From Girardia tigrina (taxonomy: Eukaryota): a stretch of DNA of 64,000 nt. Under the pieces are notes generated by a model. It saw only the letters and a program-made list of their open reading frames with translations, ran no database searches and had not been told where the DNA came from. This document shows, piece after piece, positions 11,802 to 25,313 of this stretch (its first letter is position 1; each line of letters opens with the position of its first letter). The stretch lies in contig MQRK01241122.1 of NCBI GenBank assembly GCA_001938485.1, forward strand, positions 1 through 64,000, read 5' to 3'. The position numbers were made by a program, and so were the translations under genes.

Positions 11802-12698
11802 CGAGGGGTGTCCCAAAAGTTCACGGACTGAGAGAATATGGCATGGTCACGTATGTGGGTGACTGTAACGCGCGATGTGTGTACGATGACATGAGAGGGA
11901 ACCAACCAATTGTAATTGAGGTGAACTCTCATTGGCTGCTCGTCGGCATGTGTGTGACATACGAATGCATTATTTTGTCATTTTTCTCTCTTGTAGTTAG
12001 TATGGAAGAGGCAGTGAAATCTCAACAAGCAATCATCTATTTCCTTTGGAAGGAAGACACCCGCACTGCAGATATTGTGCTCCGTTTACACCGCGTCTTT
12101 GGTGATGCCGCTAAGGGAAGAACGGCTGTCTTTAAGTGGGTGCAACGATTCCAGGCATGGCGTCAATCATTGGAGGATGATGAACGGAGTGGGCGACCAA
12201 CAACGTCCGGATGTCAAGAAAATGTGAAAGTTATCGAGGAAGTCATTCTTGGTGACAGATGTCTCACTATCCATGAGATAACAACTATTACAGACGTTTC
12301 TAAAAGTCAGGTGCACCGCATCATATCAGAGGAGCTGCATATGAGGAAACTGACTGCAAGGTGAGTGCCGCGCCTCCTCAATAACGGAGCAGAAGACTAA
12401 TCGAAAGTCTGCTTGTCAAGAATTCGGTGAGGCGTTCTGGTCACGAATTGTAACAGTGGACGAAACGTGGCTCCCGTTTTATCTTCCTGAAACAAAGGAG
12501 CAGTCCCGTCAATGGTGCCGCCCAGGTGACAGATCCCCTTTAAAGGCGAAGACCGTCCCTTCAGCCGGGAAGGTAATGGTTACAGTCTTTTGGGACTGTG
12601 ATGGGATAATTCACATTGATTATCTGTCAAAGGGGGTCACTATCAACTTTTGAATTTGTTGTTACTTATCAGTCCGTGAACTTTTGGGACACCCCTCG
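11802..12698 (+). mobile_element. Internally deleted mariner element (irritans-like TIR)
   Basis: Perfect 30-bp TIRs CGAGGGGTGTCCCAAAAGTTCACGGACTGA with TA TSD; transposase from ATG 12002 (HTH, *VPRLL, VTVDETW, KVMVTVFWD); C-terminal catalytic half absent. Confidence 0.93.
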
Positions 12699-12769
12699 TA
12701 TTAATAATTGTTAATTAACAACAACGGAGATTCAAATTTGATCAAAACAAAGATTCAAATCATTCTATT

Positions 12770-12985
12770 ATACAAAATTTACCCATATAAATTGTCTCCA
12801 TACAAACTGTTTTTTGCCAAAATGACAACTTAGATATGTCCGATCAACTTGAAATATTTTTTTTTCATGCATTGTCTTCGGGTTTTGATCTCAGCCCGAT
12901 AGCTAGTCAAATTCGAGTTGAAAGATTTTTCCCGAACAGACCGACAGATCGACAACAAGTGAAGTTTATAAAAACGTGGTAAAAT
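12770..12985 (+). mobile_element. Second copy of the CAGA-microsatellite element end
   Basis: CAGACCGACAGATCGACAACAAGTGAAGTTTATAAAAACGTGGTAAAA resembles 7985-8025. Confidence 0.4.
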
Positions 12986-13094
12986 AATATTATTAATCAT
13001 TTAAAATTTTAAAAATTATTTCAAAACTCAATTTAAAAAAATTATTATAGAAAAAATTATAAATCTTAATTTTTATTTATATTTTATTTTTTAG

Positions 13095-13484
13095 CTGAAT
13101 TTTCGCCGCACTGAATTGACGTAAATCAGAAAAGAAGACAATGTTATGGTGCTGGATGTTCAATCAAAGCACCAAAGGTCTGCCATAAATGCAACAAGTT
13201 GATGTGTGACAAATGTGCCAAAAGAGAAAAAATTCTTATTTATCACAATAGTTTGTAAATATAACTTAATTTTTGAATGGTTTTCAGTTGACTAAGGATT
13301 TGAATTGTCCGTTTATATTTACATTTCAAGTTACATTTTGTCCGTAATTACTATAAGTGATTAAATAATATATAACACTCATCTTCATTCAAAATAAATG
13401 AAAAAGCAACAAAAAAATTAAATATATAGTATTTTCTTATGTTAAAGTAGTCAAAAAATCCCCGACTTTCTGTTGTTAAGGTTG
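13095..13484 (+). mobile_element. piggyBac 3' remnant with C-terminal cysteine-rich domain
   Basis: KRRQCYGAGCSIKAPKVCHKCNKLMCDKC..* (to 13258); degenerate end CCCCGACTTT..TTAAGG TTGA. Confidence 0.5.
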
Positions 13485-13836
13485 ATAAATATTTTTGAGT
13501 ATTTAATATTAATAGTTATATTACTATCATAAAATTTTACTTCCTTCAGTCTGGTGAATACTCGGATCAATATCTTGGTCGGTAAAAATCAAAATTCGAT
13601 GTACATAATTTATCAAATTGGTTCCAATCTTCCTGCTCCAGTATGTAAACCATTCCTATCGCCGAATTTGAGGTTATAAGTCAATAACTGTTATCTCGTT
13701 CTACTGCCTTGTTAGGCCACTTAGGCGCGCCAGTCAATTAATTAACTTACGGATGAAAGGTCATTCATTCACTTTCGAAATCATCTAATTTATTATCTAA
13801 TATTTTTATTTTATTTTTATTTATTTATTTTATTTA

Positions 13837-14657
13837 TTGGTGAAACGTATAGACATTTGCGATTCCCTTTTGAAGCGCGAACAAAGGGATCCATTTTTGA
13901 AGCTCTTGATTACGGGTGACGAAAAATGGATCGTTTACAACAATGTGGAACGCCGACGATCATGGACAAAACGTGTTGAGCCTGCCAAAACGATCCCAAA
14001 AGCAGAAATTCACCAAAAGAAGGTTATGCTTTCCATCTGGTGGGATTTTAAAGGAATTGTGTTTTTTGAACTCCTTCCGATGAATGAAACCATCAATTCA
14101 GACAGATATTGTGGTCAGTTGGAGAAATTGGCTCATTCAATTCAACAGAACGTCCTGAATTGGTAAATCGAAAAGAAGTTGTAATTCAGCATGATAACGC
14201 AAGACCGCATACAAGTTTGACCACTCGCCAGAAACTCTTATCACTGGGTTAAGAGGTTTTGCCGCACCAACCGTATTCTCCAGACTTGGCCCCATCGGAT
14301 TTTCACTTATTTAGATCACTGCAGAATTCTTTAAACAGAAAAACATTCGCCAGTGATGATGACATCAAATCGTTCCAAGACGGCTTTTTTGCTGACAAAG
14401 GCAAAGGTTTTTATGAATCAGGAATAATGAAGCTACCGGAAAGGTGGAANNNNNNNNNNNNNNNNNNNNNNNNNNNNNNNNNNNNNNNNNNNNNNNNNNG
14501 GTTTTTATGAATCAGGAATAATGAAGCTACCGGAAAGGTGGAAGAAAGTGATTGAAAATAATGAACAGTATATCGTGTAAAAATATTTGTGCATCCATGT
14601 CATTTTTTGATAATAAATGTTTTAGTAAAAAACGCAATGACTTTTTGACCAACCCAA
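13837..14657 (+). mobile_element. 5'-truncated mariner element (DD34D)
   Basis: ITGDEKW, HDNARPH, PYSPDLAPSDFHLF; frameshift and stop; right TIR ..GACCAACCCAA followed by TA. Confidence 0.92.
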
Positions 14658-15255
14658 TATAATGAAAAACATAGAAAAGCAAAAGCCAAATTTTATTTTA
14701 CTCGGTTCTACTGAGAACAAATAAGAATAAGAGATGAGACACTATAAAACGTGGGGAAGACGGCTTATCAATAAACAAGGCATGGCATGGGTAATAACAC
14801 TAGTTGTTTGCAATTCCTTATGCCTGAAATGGGAAAAAACTTTGGTTGACAGGGTTGCCACAATTATTTCATTTTTTGACAGACACGGTCGCTCACCTCT
14901 GATAAAGATCATCATATTTTTCACAAATTGTTCACTAAAATTTTTCAAAAAGCTTTCCAAGGCGATGTTAATTATCACAGAATGCATTTATCCGTAACCT
15001 AATTTCTCAGTATAAAAAGATCTTGATGTTTTATAACAACTATAAAATTTGTCAAAATGGTTTTATCTTTTTTGATTTAAGTTTAACTATTGTTTGGTAA
15101 ATATTATTCTACTTCCATTCTTTTATAAAACCTGAAATAGTATTTTCTTCATTCTTAAGCCCAGTCCAAGCCGTCAACAAATCTCTCTAAAATATCGATA
15201 AAATAAATAATTATATTAAGTTTTTCCCGACTGTGACGAATAACTGTATATTTAC

Positions 15256-15326
15256 TATATATATATATATATATATNNNNNNNNNNNNNNNNNNNNNNNN
15301 NNNNNNNNNNNNNNNNNNNNNNNNNN

Positions 15327-15385
<59 letters not shown>
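15256..15385. repeat. (TA)n microsatellite with gap
   Basis: Direct observation; others at 27899-28015, 48188-48231 and 50242-50277. Confidence 0.95.
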
Positions 15386-15389
<4 letters not shown>

Positions 15390-17980
15390 AATTACGACAC
15401 ACAACATTGGCGCTCAGGGTTGCTAATCATAGACTCTGTAACAGGTAAAAGCCTTAAAAAACACAAGAGCTTCTAATCCTCTAACACGGCATTAGATATG
15501 AGTGCGAGCCTTTAGTGCACTAGCACGTTTCAGTTTGCCTCTAAAAGATGACCAATCATGATCCCTTATACTATGGTTTTGAAAGGCTTTGGTTGTATAA
15601 GTGCATTTAGTGCAACATGGAAAGGGACATTTTAATATCCTCTATCTGTTATATTATCAAATCGAAAAACCAAAACCACATTCGGGATCACTACTTGATC
15701 CCTATAGTCAGAAGTACTACCAGATATTGGCACATGTATTTTTACGATTGGATTTAAAATATTTGTACGTCTGAGATGTTTCATGCATTTACTGAACGAT
15801 TTGTACCATAAACATTTATTCGATAATCAACTAACATATGCTTCTGCAACCATCCTTTAGTTTTATAATTTTTGTGGCAGTTATCTATGAGGCATATATA
15901 AGAACCATTACCCCTCTGTCGCTGAGGCGCCATGTAAATTCTTAATTTATTCTTCTCAGCGAAATCTTTTTAACAAGACTGTAATGTACAGCTTATTTTT
16001 AGATATTCATTTCCTTGTTCCACAGTCTCTTCCTTTTTTTCGGTTACAGTATCTTTAAAAAGGTATTGGTATTACTCATCTTTTTCAAAGACCCCTCTTG
16101 AATTTATGCACTCTCCATATTCTGCCAAGGCATATTATATTACTTTACTTATCTAGAAAATCGACAATTTTGTTAGAATAATCTTATCTCAAATTCGAAA
16201 ACAAAAAAAATAATAATTATATTTATTAATTAAAAAATTAAAGAAAAAATTTCCTTGAAAAAAATCAATTTCAATTAAAAAACAAATACCAAATGACAAT
16301 GAGCGTCTGAGAGTTCTAATAATTCTATGACCGATAGTGAATTCAATGGAATGATGAATGGAGCATTCTGATTGGCTGATGAATCAGATTAGCACACTTT
16401 GGCATTATTAGATATATATTCGAGGAACACCGCGAGACATCCCATTCTGACTTTAGGATGATTTAAGGAAATTCGGTTTTATTTTATCAATTATTAACAA
16501 TTTATTTTATATAAGGATTCCATGTTAATTTCCAAAATAATTACTACGGTTTGAATTATATTTTATATTTTATATATTTATATTTATTATTTTAACTATT
16601 ATTTTCGATTATTAAATAAAATTATAATGATTTTATTTCATGTTATTAATTAATAAAATTTATTAATAAAAATGATTATTTTTAACAACTTTATTAAATT
16701 AAATAATATTATTTAATTATTATAATAATTATTAATTATAATAATAATAATATTATTTATTTAATTTTTAATAATATTAACAAATATTTATAAAAATATT
16801 TTCCTCTGGAATTTTTTCTTTCAAAAATATGATAAATTTGCAAATAATAAATAAACTAAATTTAATAAATTATCGTACAAATAATAATAGATAAAATGAA
16901 TATTTATCAATCAATTATATTTTATTTTAAATGTCAAAAATATTTTTCTTTTAACACGAAAATTTTCGGCAGATAATTAATAAATTTCCTAACTGTTTTA
17001 TTTTACCACAACATTTTTTTCCAATTTTAATTGTGTAAAATTGAATTTTTAACTATTTTTATAAATATTTTGAACAAGTTTTTTGACGGAGAGAGAAATT
17101 TAATCATTTTTGGAAGAATGTCGAGAGTTATTAGCAAATGTTTCTGAATCTCAAGAAATCCAGCTATCAATGTTGGGGTAGGATTAATTTTCTAATTGGG
17201 GATTATTTTTTTAACAGCTTTTATATCTCAAAGTGACGTTTTATTTTCGAAATGAAATACGAATGAATTAAATTAACATAACAATTAATTTATTATCTTT
17301 CGACTGGTTTAGATAAATTGGTTTTCCGGTGGTCCCAGTTTCTCGACGTATGATTTAATGAGTTTCAGTAGAAACAGTTTTTTTTAAAAATATAATATAA
17401 AAATAATTCTTTTCGTTAAGTAGTTCTAAAAGTTCGTGGTCGCTGCGGGACAAATGACTGAGTCCGCGAGTTGTCCCAAACTTGCCGAGTAAAAATGGAC
17501 AACTCACTGAAACTCTTAAATTAAGTTTTATTTCTTTTTATATAAAATTATTTATTTAAAACTAACAAGACTTGGTTTAATATTAAATTTCATAATTAAA
17601 TTTATTGCTGTAATGAAGTTATTGAGACATTGTAGAACATAAGTTTCGGCGAGTTGTCCAGCACTCGTTTCAGTGCAGAAAGTATTTTTAAAAATATAAT
17701 ATAAAATTTACTCTTCGTTAAGTCGCTTTAAATTTTCTTGTTGCTTTTGTTGACAATATTCTTTATTTTTGAAGAGCAAAAGAAATTTTTATGTAGTTTA
17801 TTGTTTGAAAATTGAACTTGTAACTGGGTGTAAACTTAGTAGAGAAATTATAAAATATATATAAGATACGTTATAACCTCTTGTACGAAAAGTCAAAAAC
17901 TAAATATGTTTGCTAAAACGTTTGAAAGAAAAAGAAAAATAGAACTAAACCTAAACCTGAGATTTACAAGTATATTTTAA

Positions 17981-18164
17981 CCCTTTGCGGTTCATTTTTT
18001 TTCAATTGAATATTCTACAGGTTATAAAATTTTTTTATCGGACCATCGTCAGCATATAACAGATTATATGAACTTTTCACTATTACCGTCAGGGCTGCCC
18101 CGACAGAGGACCGGAACGTAAAACTTTCAATGTCGGGGCTGCCCCGACAGAAGACGGCAAATGG
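17981..18164. mobile_element. piggyBac-type MITE, decayed
   Basis: TTAA|CCCTTTGCGG ... CGGCAAATGG|CTAA; two copies of the GTC(A/G)GGGCTGCCCCGAC palindrome. Confidence 0.6.
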
Positions 18165-18344
18165 CTAAGGATATTATTGGCTACAAGATGATATTCTCAA
18201 TCTTGGAAGATGTAAACTTATTTGGATTTTGAAACATATAGTTTAGCAAAAAAAAAATAGATCAATCTTAAATAATTTTTTTTTGTTATATACATATGTA
18301 TATGTTTATATATAATTTAATTAAAGCTATTTTCAGAAATTTAT

Positions 18345-19162
18345 TATTGAAAGTGTTTTGAAGTTTCATTTTCCATCATCAATAATTATAATTTGAAATA
18401 TAATTGAATATTAATTTAGTTGTTTGTTTTTAATGGAAGATTAAAAAAATATTATTATTTCAATATCATTAGATTTTAATGATGAAATTTTTCATAATTG
18501 AATTAATAATTTTAGGATTTGAAACGGTTTTACTATGCAAATTTTGAATTTTAATTAATATGCTGTAATGTCTTATTAATAATGATTCACAGAACTGTCT
18601 CTCATAATGTGAATCAAAGCCTTCAGTAAATCAGAAAACTCGTCCTTTGAAACGGAAGAGATTCTATCCTTACAACATAACCAATGATCAAGAACCTTAC
18701 TCGATCGACTCATTTGCGAGTGCTCACTAATCCTTGTTTTGAGATGACGATTTGTTTCTCCAATGTTCGAGTTTTTACAAATGTGACAATTAAATTTATG
18801 AACCAGGTGAGCTTCAATTAACAAATCATTATCGATCGTTTGAAGAAGAAACTTTGAACTATGGATATCATCGAAATAACTTTGACAATATCTTTATTCT
18901 TGAAAATACTCTTCTGAAGTTTTTTAAATCCTTCAGAATATGATATTTTAAAGATATTTTGTTCTCTTTAATGTTTATTTTTTTATTCTTTCTTAAACAG
19001 TGCTTCTATTCTTAATTTGTCCAATGACTTGTTATCACATTATGAGAGGTAGTTCTGTGATAAGATTATGGACCAGAGACTACAACACATTAAAAAATAT
19101 TCAAATACTTCCCAAAAAACAATTGCTGATGAGGGAGTATAAAACTTCAAAACAATTTCAAT
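18345..19162 (-). mobile_element. Penelope-like fragment (second family) with an inverted copy of its own 3' end
   Basis: Minus-strand GIY-YIG remnant FNCHICKNSNIGETNRHLKTRISEH (18576-18824); + strand copy of the 3' end at ~19000-19162; degenerate hammerhead motif at both outer ends. Confidence 0.75.
19122..19162 (+). ncRNA. Degenerate hammerhead ribozyme motif
   Basis: ATTG-CTGATGA-G-GGAGT..ACTTC-AAAA-CAAT-TT-CAAT; stems I and II pair, but GAAA is AAAA. Confidence 0.5.
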
Positions 19163-19164
19163 AT

Positions 19165-19291
19165 GGGCTAGTTCGTAAAATACATAATACGAAAATTTGG
19201 ATTTTTAGACCCCACACCCCCCTAATCACAAAGTGTCACACTTTCACAGACCCCCTCCCTCCTATGCGTTATGTATTTTACGAACGAGCCT
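19165..19291. mobile_element. Small MITE (PIF/Harbinger- or Zator-like)
   Basis: TIRs GGGCTAGTTCGTAAAATACATAA / TTATGTATTTTACGAACGAGCC; C-rich interior like 36108-36318. Confidence 0.65.
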
Positions 19292-21328
19292 TATTTATAT
19301 ATAAATAGTATTTAAATAAAATGTAGTCGATATTTGATTATTTAAAAGTAACAATTCAATGTTAGAAATTGATATTTTATGAATTTTGATGATGTTTTTG
19401 TTCAGAGAATTGATCGATTTGGATCAACATATGAACCAATTATTCATTAAATCACTATTAATATTTTTCTTACTAAAATTTACAGAAAAAAATTTCCATT
19501 TTATTTGGTTAATATAACTTTGTCAAAGAAAAAAATAAATTTTAAATTTAAATGACTTAAAATTTTAAAAATAATTTTTCCAAATTCTACCAAATATTTC
19601 GTAATTATTATAAATAAATCTTGTCCGATAATGACAAAACTTGTTAAAAATTCGTATTGGAACATTTGTATTTATAAAATCTGACACTATTCTGTTTCTT
19701 CGGATCAGAACAGATGTGAATATTTTTGATACGAATGTTCATTATAAGACATAGTAGACAAATAGTTGTCTCCTTATCATTTCCATCATAAAACACTCGC
19801 AAAAATTCACAAGAAAAAACAAAAAGATATACAATGTTAAGATAAAAGGATTTCGGCGGGGCACAGAAATGTCGTCCATGGTTTAATGTCGATATTATGT
19901 CTGATAAATTTGATCTTTTCTTTAATTGCTCTCAAAGTTTTAGACGGTTTCATTGAATGGTTTGGAGCGATCAGCTTTTGTTTGCTTTTCAAACGGATAA
20001 AATCGTAAATCACGGTTAAGTATTTCGTCCCTAAAGGCGCCACATTATCAAAATTAAAAAAAAACAAAGGGATTCTCCATCGTTTTCAACATTAAAAACT
20101 ATCGTAACTGTAATTATGCATCGATTTAGGATGACAAAAGTTGAAAACAAACTTGAAAACATCGGAGTTATTTTTTGAATGATCATCAAATAAAGTCCAG
20201 AAGCATTTTGTGCTAAACATTCTTTTTAAACATTTACGCACGAAACATTTATCAGAATTACGGATACCGCATTTGCTAAAATGGATCATAAATGTGAAAG
20301 ATTCAATATTTAAAAATAAATGATTCAAGTACAATCTTTTATTTCTTCAAAATTGTTGAAGAAAAAAGAATGAGCACAAAAACAGCACTGACCAAGTGCA
20401 CTCAAAAAGACAAAGATCATTTATTCATGTGGAAGTGTTGTTGAAATTGTTTTTTTTAATGATTCACAAACATAATATTAAGAGGTGAATTCGTTTAATA
20501 TTTATTTTAATTTATGTCATAGTTTGAAGATCGAAGTTTCTCCTGATGGTAAAAGAAGGAATACAGGGATATATTCCACGAACAAAACTGATTCCTCACT
20601 TACAACAGAAATAAAAACTTGCTGTATTATCCGACAAGTTTTAAACGAATTTAATAAATTTAAAGAATGCTATTGTTCAAACATCAGTATTTGGTAGCTA
20701 CGAAATTGTTCTTTGAGGTGTTCCAAGATTGTGAAATGTATCAACGTAAATGTAATTCAAAAATAATTTTGAGTATTAAAAGTTCGCGATCTGATTGAAT
20801 GTTCCAAACAAAAAATAAATGAAAACTCATTTTATTCGACAACGATTATCTAAATAAAAATGTCAGTAAAAACTAGAATTTTAAGTAAAACGTTGATCGT
20901 CAATACAATGTCATGGTCGGGCAAAACGCGGATATGATACGTGGTAGGAGTTTCGGAAGAACAAACAGTGATGCTCCAAACAATTATGAAAGATAATAAT
21001 AAACTACAAACAAGTAAAGAAACTTTTACATGGCTTCGAAAAAATGTTTCAGTTTCATAATTCCACAAAACTTCCAGATTTAAAATATGCATTATTCCAT
21101 AAGGGAAATATTGTTGCAAGAAGTTTAGCCAACTAGCCATGATGGGTGTAATATCCGTTACATTATATTTATATTTATTCTAAAAGTTACATATAGTAAT
21201 ATGAATTCTTCCTATCCTTGCTGGAAGATCTTACTTAAATTTCCAGAGAGCTAGAAAAAAATCAATGAACGAATTCAAAAATGATTACAAAAAGTAAATA
21301 AACAGTTTAACAAAATTATAATCAAATA

Positions 21329-22588
21329 TTAGGTTGGTCGAAAAATAATGGCGGTTTTTGAGCTTTATACTTTGTTTATCTACTTTGATATGTATATAAG
21401 TTTAAATGCATTAGTGTTAGATATTATTTGAAATCTTANNNNNNNNNNNNNNNNNNNNNNNNNNNNNNNNNNNNNNNNNNNNNNNNNNNNNNNNNNNNNN
21501 NNNNNNNNNNNNNNNNNNNNNNNNNNNNNNNNNNNNNNNNNNNNNNNNNNNNNNNNNNNNNNNNNNNNNNNNNNNNNNNNNNNNNNNNNNNNNNNNNNNN
21601 NNNNNNNNNNNNNNNNNNNNNNNNNNNNNNNNNNNNNNNNNNNNNNNNNNNNNNNNNNNNNNNNNNNNNNNNNNNNNNNNNNNNNNNNNNNNNNNNNNNN
21701 NNNNNNNNNNNNNNNNNNNNNNNNNNNNNNNNNNNNNNNNNNNNNNNNNNNNNNNNNNNNNNNNNNNNNNNNNNNNNNNNNNNNNNNNNNNNNNNNNNNN
21801 NNNNNNNNNNNNNNNNNNNNNNNNNNNNNNNNNNNNNNNNNNNNNNNNNNNNNNNNNNNNNNNNNNNNNNNNNNNNNNNNNNNNNNNNNNNNNNNNNNNN
21901 NNNNNNNNNNNNNNNNNNNNNNNNNNNNNNNNNNNNNNNNNNNNNNNNNNNNNNNNNNNNNNNNNNNNNNNNNNNNNNNNNNNNNNNNNNNNNNNNNNNN
22001 NNNNNNNNNNNNNNNNNNNNNNNNNNNNNNNNNNNNNNNNNNNNNNNNNNNNNNNNNNNNNNNNNNNNNNNNNNNNNNNNNNNNNNNNNNNNNNNNNNNN
22101 NNNNNNNNNNNNNNNNNNNNNNNNNNNNNNNNNNNNNNNNNNNNNNNNNNNNNNNNNNNNNNNNNNNNNNNNNNNNNNNNNNNNNNNNNNNNNNNNNNNN
22201 NNNNNNNNNNNNNNNNNNNNNNNNNNNNNNNNNNNNNNNNNNNNNNNNNNNNNNNNNNNNNNNNNNNNNNNNNNNNNNNNNNNNNNNNNNNNNNNNNNNN
22301 NNNNNNNNNNNNNNNNNNNNNNNNNNNNNNNTTTTTCAGGCATTTGTACAACTTCCTACGTGAAAAAATTTTCAAAAACCAAAATGATGCTCAAAATGCC
22401 TTCCAAGAATTAGTCGCTTCGAGAACCGATGCATTTTATGCTGATGGAATGAAACAACTTGTTTCTCGTTGGCAAAAATGTATTGATGCCAACTGTTCAT
22501 ACTTTGATTAATAAACTTTTGTTTCTGTGAATTTGCACGTCTTTGAAGTTTGTGTCCCAAAACCGCCATTATTTTTCGACCAACCTAA
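21329..22588 (+). mobile_element. cecropia-subfamily (Hsmar1-like) mariner; interior is N
   Basis: TIRs TTAGGTTGGTCGAAAAATAATGGCGGTTTT; ends nearly identical to 59664-60934. Confidence 0.9.
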
Positions 22589-23404
22589 CATATAACACGA
22601 AGAACCAAAAAAGAGAAGAGAAAGGAATTTTATATCGATACAAAATAAGTTTGAATAACAATCCAAACATTTAATCTCCCTTCCAAATAAGTCAATTATC
22701 AATCCTAAACTTCAAGAAATAATATCAGTCAAGAAACGATACGAAAGCTGCACGAGTTAAGATAAAAAGTCTTAAGAAATGTCGTAGGCGATGAACCATT
22801 GACAACATTTGTGATGATATTTTTCGAAAATTTTTCTAATGCCTATCAAAATAGATTTGTATATATAAATCGTTTAGTTTTTTAAGAATTCATCTACTAA
22901 TTTTATTAAAGTACTAATATAATTATAATAAACAATAATATTATGAATCTACAACAATTTTTGACATTTTACGTAACGACATTATATTGATGTTTATTTA
23001 ACATTAAAATATCAAAATATAAATAAACATATAAAATAAATATTTTCATATATCATCTGAAACATTTGAGCGCATCGAGATAATGATTATTTATAAACTA
23101 TAAGTCAGATACAAATATGTTATTAAAAACTAAATTCATCCATTAAAAAATATATTTATTGACAATATATTTCGACGGATCAACCGTCATATTCAGCTCA
23201 CTGATTAATAATTTAATTTACCTGTAAATAAATGAAAAATAATAATTATGTAATCTACTGCAATAAATCATGCTAATCAAAAATTCTCAATAAGCTGGTT
23301 GAGACTGTCGATTGAACACTGATTTTAGGGCAACGCGGCCTAATCAACAACACTTCATACGGCACTCTCCACATAACTATCAAATAATTAAACCATCAGT
23401 AATA

Positions 23405-23765
23405 AATCTATTACATCTTTAACACTTTGTTCTGATATTGTTTATGAATATAAATCTAATGGGTGCTATACCACATTTAATGAGAAACTTCCAAACCATC
23501 TCTGTAAACGAATTCAAGAACATGGTCAATAAGAGAGTAACATCAATATTACAAAACATAGGAAAAATGTAAACGTGATATTAATATTGATCATTTCAAG
23601 ATTCATTTAAGACTTATGGATCGCACCACGTAGAACTTTTGACTAGAGTGATTTCATGCAATGGATTAGAGAATCATCCTTTTTGAATTTATGAACAGGC
23701 AAATTAAATTATTAATCAGTGACCTGCAGATGTCGGTTGATTGGTCGAAAAATATTGTCGTTAAA
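23405..23765 (+). mobile_element. Highly decayed Penelope 3' end with hammerhead remnant (23719-23761)
   Basis: LCSDIVYEYKSNGC..HLCKRIQEHG; GAC-CTGCAGA-T..GTC-GAAA-AATA-TT-GTC. Confidence 0.7.
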
Positions 23766-24999
23766 TATATTTTTAAATGGATGAATTTTGTTTTCAATAT
23801 AAAATAAGTTCTCAAAATTACTGGATAAAACAGTAAAAAAATATTCTTTTGAATTAATTAAATCAAAATTAATTTCCAATGTCTAAAATGTGGAAGTCTT
23901 TCCATCTAAAAATGAGATTCTTTAATTGATACATAAAAATTAAGTAAATAAGAAAATGAATATTGAAAACTTAAATAATTGGAATATTTAATTTAATTAA
24001 TTATTTCTTTTGAACTAAATTAAGGAACATTTATAATTTTAATTAAAACAGGATTTTGTTTTGTTTTCAATTATTTTTTTTGACAGACAGAAACGAAATC
24101 CAATTTTCTTTTTGGTAATAAAAAATAATATATTATGTTTTTGGAATTGACAGTTTTTTATAAGCTAATAAATGTTTCTACATATTAAACACCAAACCAC
24201 AAATTTGTTCATGATTTACGTTTTAATTAATATATATATTTATCTTTTTATATGTATATATTTCCATCTTTATATATATGTTATCCTACTTAACTTTATC
24301 TATCATACTTAAATGTATATGTTCCAATAAGTTCTGTTAAACCCTCATTATTTACTAAATAAAATAGATATTTTATCACTTAAAGAAAATGTATTAAGTT
24401 GTCAGAAATGGTCTTAGAGTTTTTTTATTCGATCATAACTTTCGTGGTATTTACCGAACATAATCAAAATAGAATACTATTTGAATCAGTTCAAGTTTGT
24501 TGAAGCAATACAAGTTGATTTATTCCGTCAGCGAAATTTATTGCTGACACAAATCACAAAGAGTGTTTTCGCCTGGTTCTGATTGACGAAGGTTCTAAGT
24601 CCTGAGAAAGATGGTATTTAGTTTGAAAAAGGTCTAGAAAGTATGATGGTGACACAGAATTTTGAACTGGAAGTCGTTTAATTTTTTTCAATGAATTGAA
24701 AAACGTGTGGATGGACGTTGTAGTGCAGTCAATTGCCGCCATATCTGTGGACCATCTGAGAAATCAAAAAGGCTTTAAAAATATTTTCAGAACAAGTCCT
24801 TTTTAACACAAAAGACTTTTATTTGATTATAAACGAAGAAGAGATTTCAAAAACATCAAAAAAGAGCAATATTTACAGAACTTAAACATTTTCAACATTT
24901 ATTACATTCACAATTTTGATCATCTTTATAATTTAATAGTGATTTCGCTCATATTCATCAATCAATGTTTGATACTTCTAATCCAAAAACGTGAACTAA

Positions 25000-25313
25000 C
25001 TTGAAACTATATTTTATTTTAAATATTTACTACAAATGGTATTGGTTAAAATAAAGTTGCTATTAATAATTTAATAAATTAATTTAATTTAATTATTTAC
25101 AAATTTAAAAAAATAAAATTATTTAAAATTTACAATCATAATAAATTAAAAATTTGAATATTAATTATAAATTTGAATTAAATTAGTTTCAGATTATAAG
25201 AATTAGAATATTAATCATCAATCTGAGTAGGGAAGGCACAATTCCAAAGCAACGCACAACATGCAAACTTTCAAACAACACACAAAACATCAAAATTCTT
25301 AATATTCCTCAAA
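25000..25313 (-). mobile_element. Decayed copy of the LTR-like family
   Basis: CAATCTGAGTAGGGAAGGCACAATTCC..AATATTCCTCA resembles the family core; left boundary approximate. Confidence 0.45.

Noticed and set aside
14405-14545. Apparent direct repeat in the mariner
   Set aside because: Identical sequence on both sides of an N gap; most likely an unmerged contig overlap.
15395-15740. Possible tRNA-derived SINE on the minus strand
   Set aside because: A and B boxes too degraded, and no second copy in the window.
17355-17720. GAGTTGTCC direct and inverted motifs, MULE-TIR-like
   Set aside because: No definable ends or TSD.
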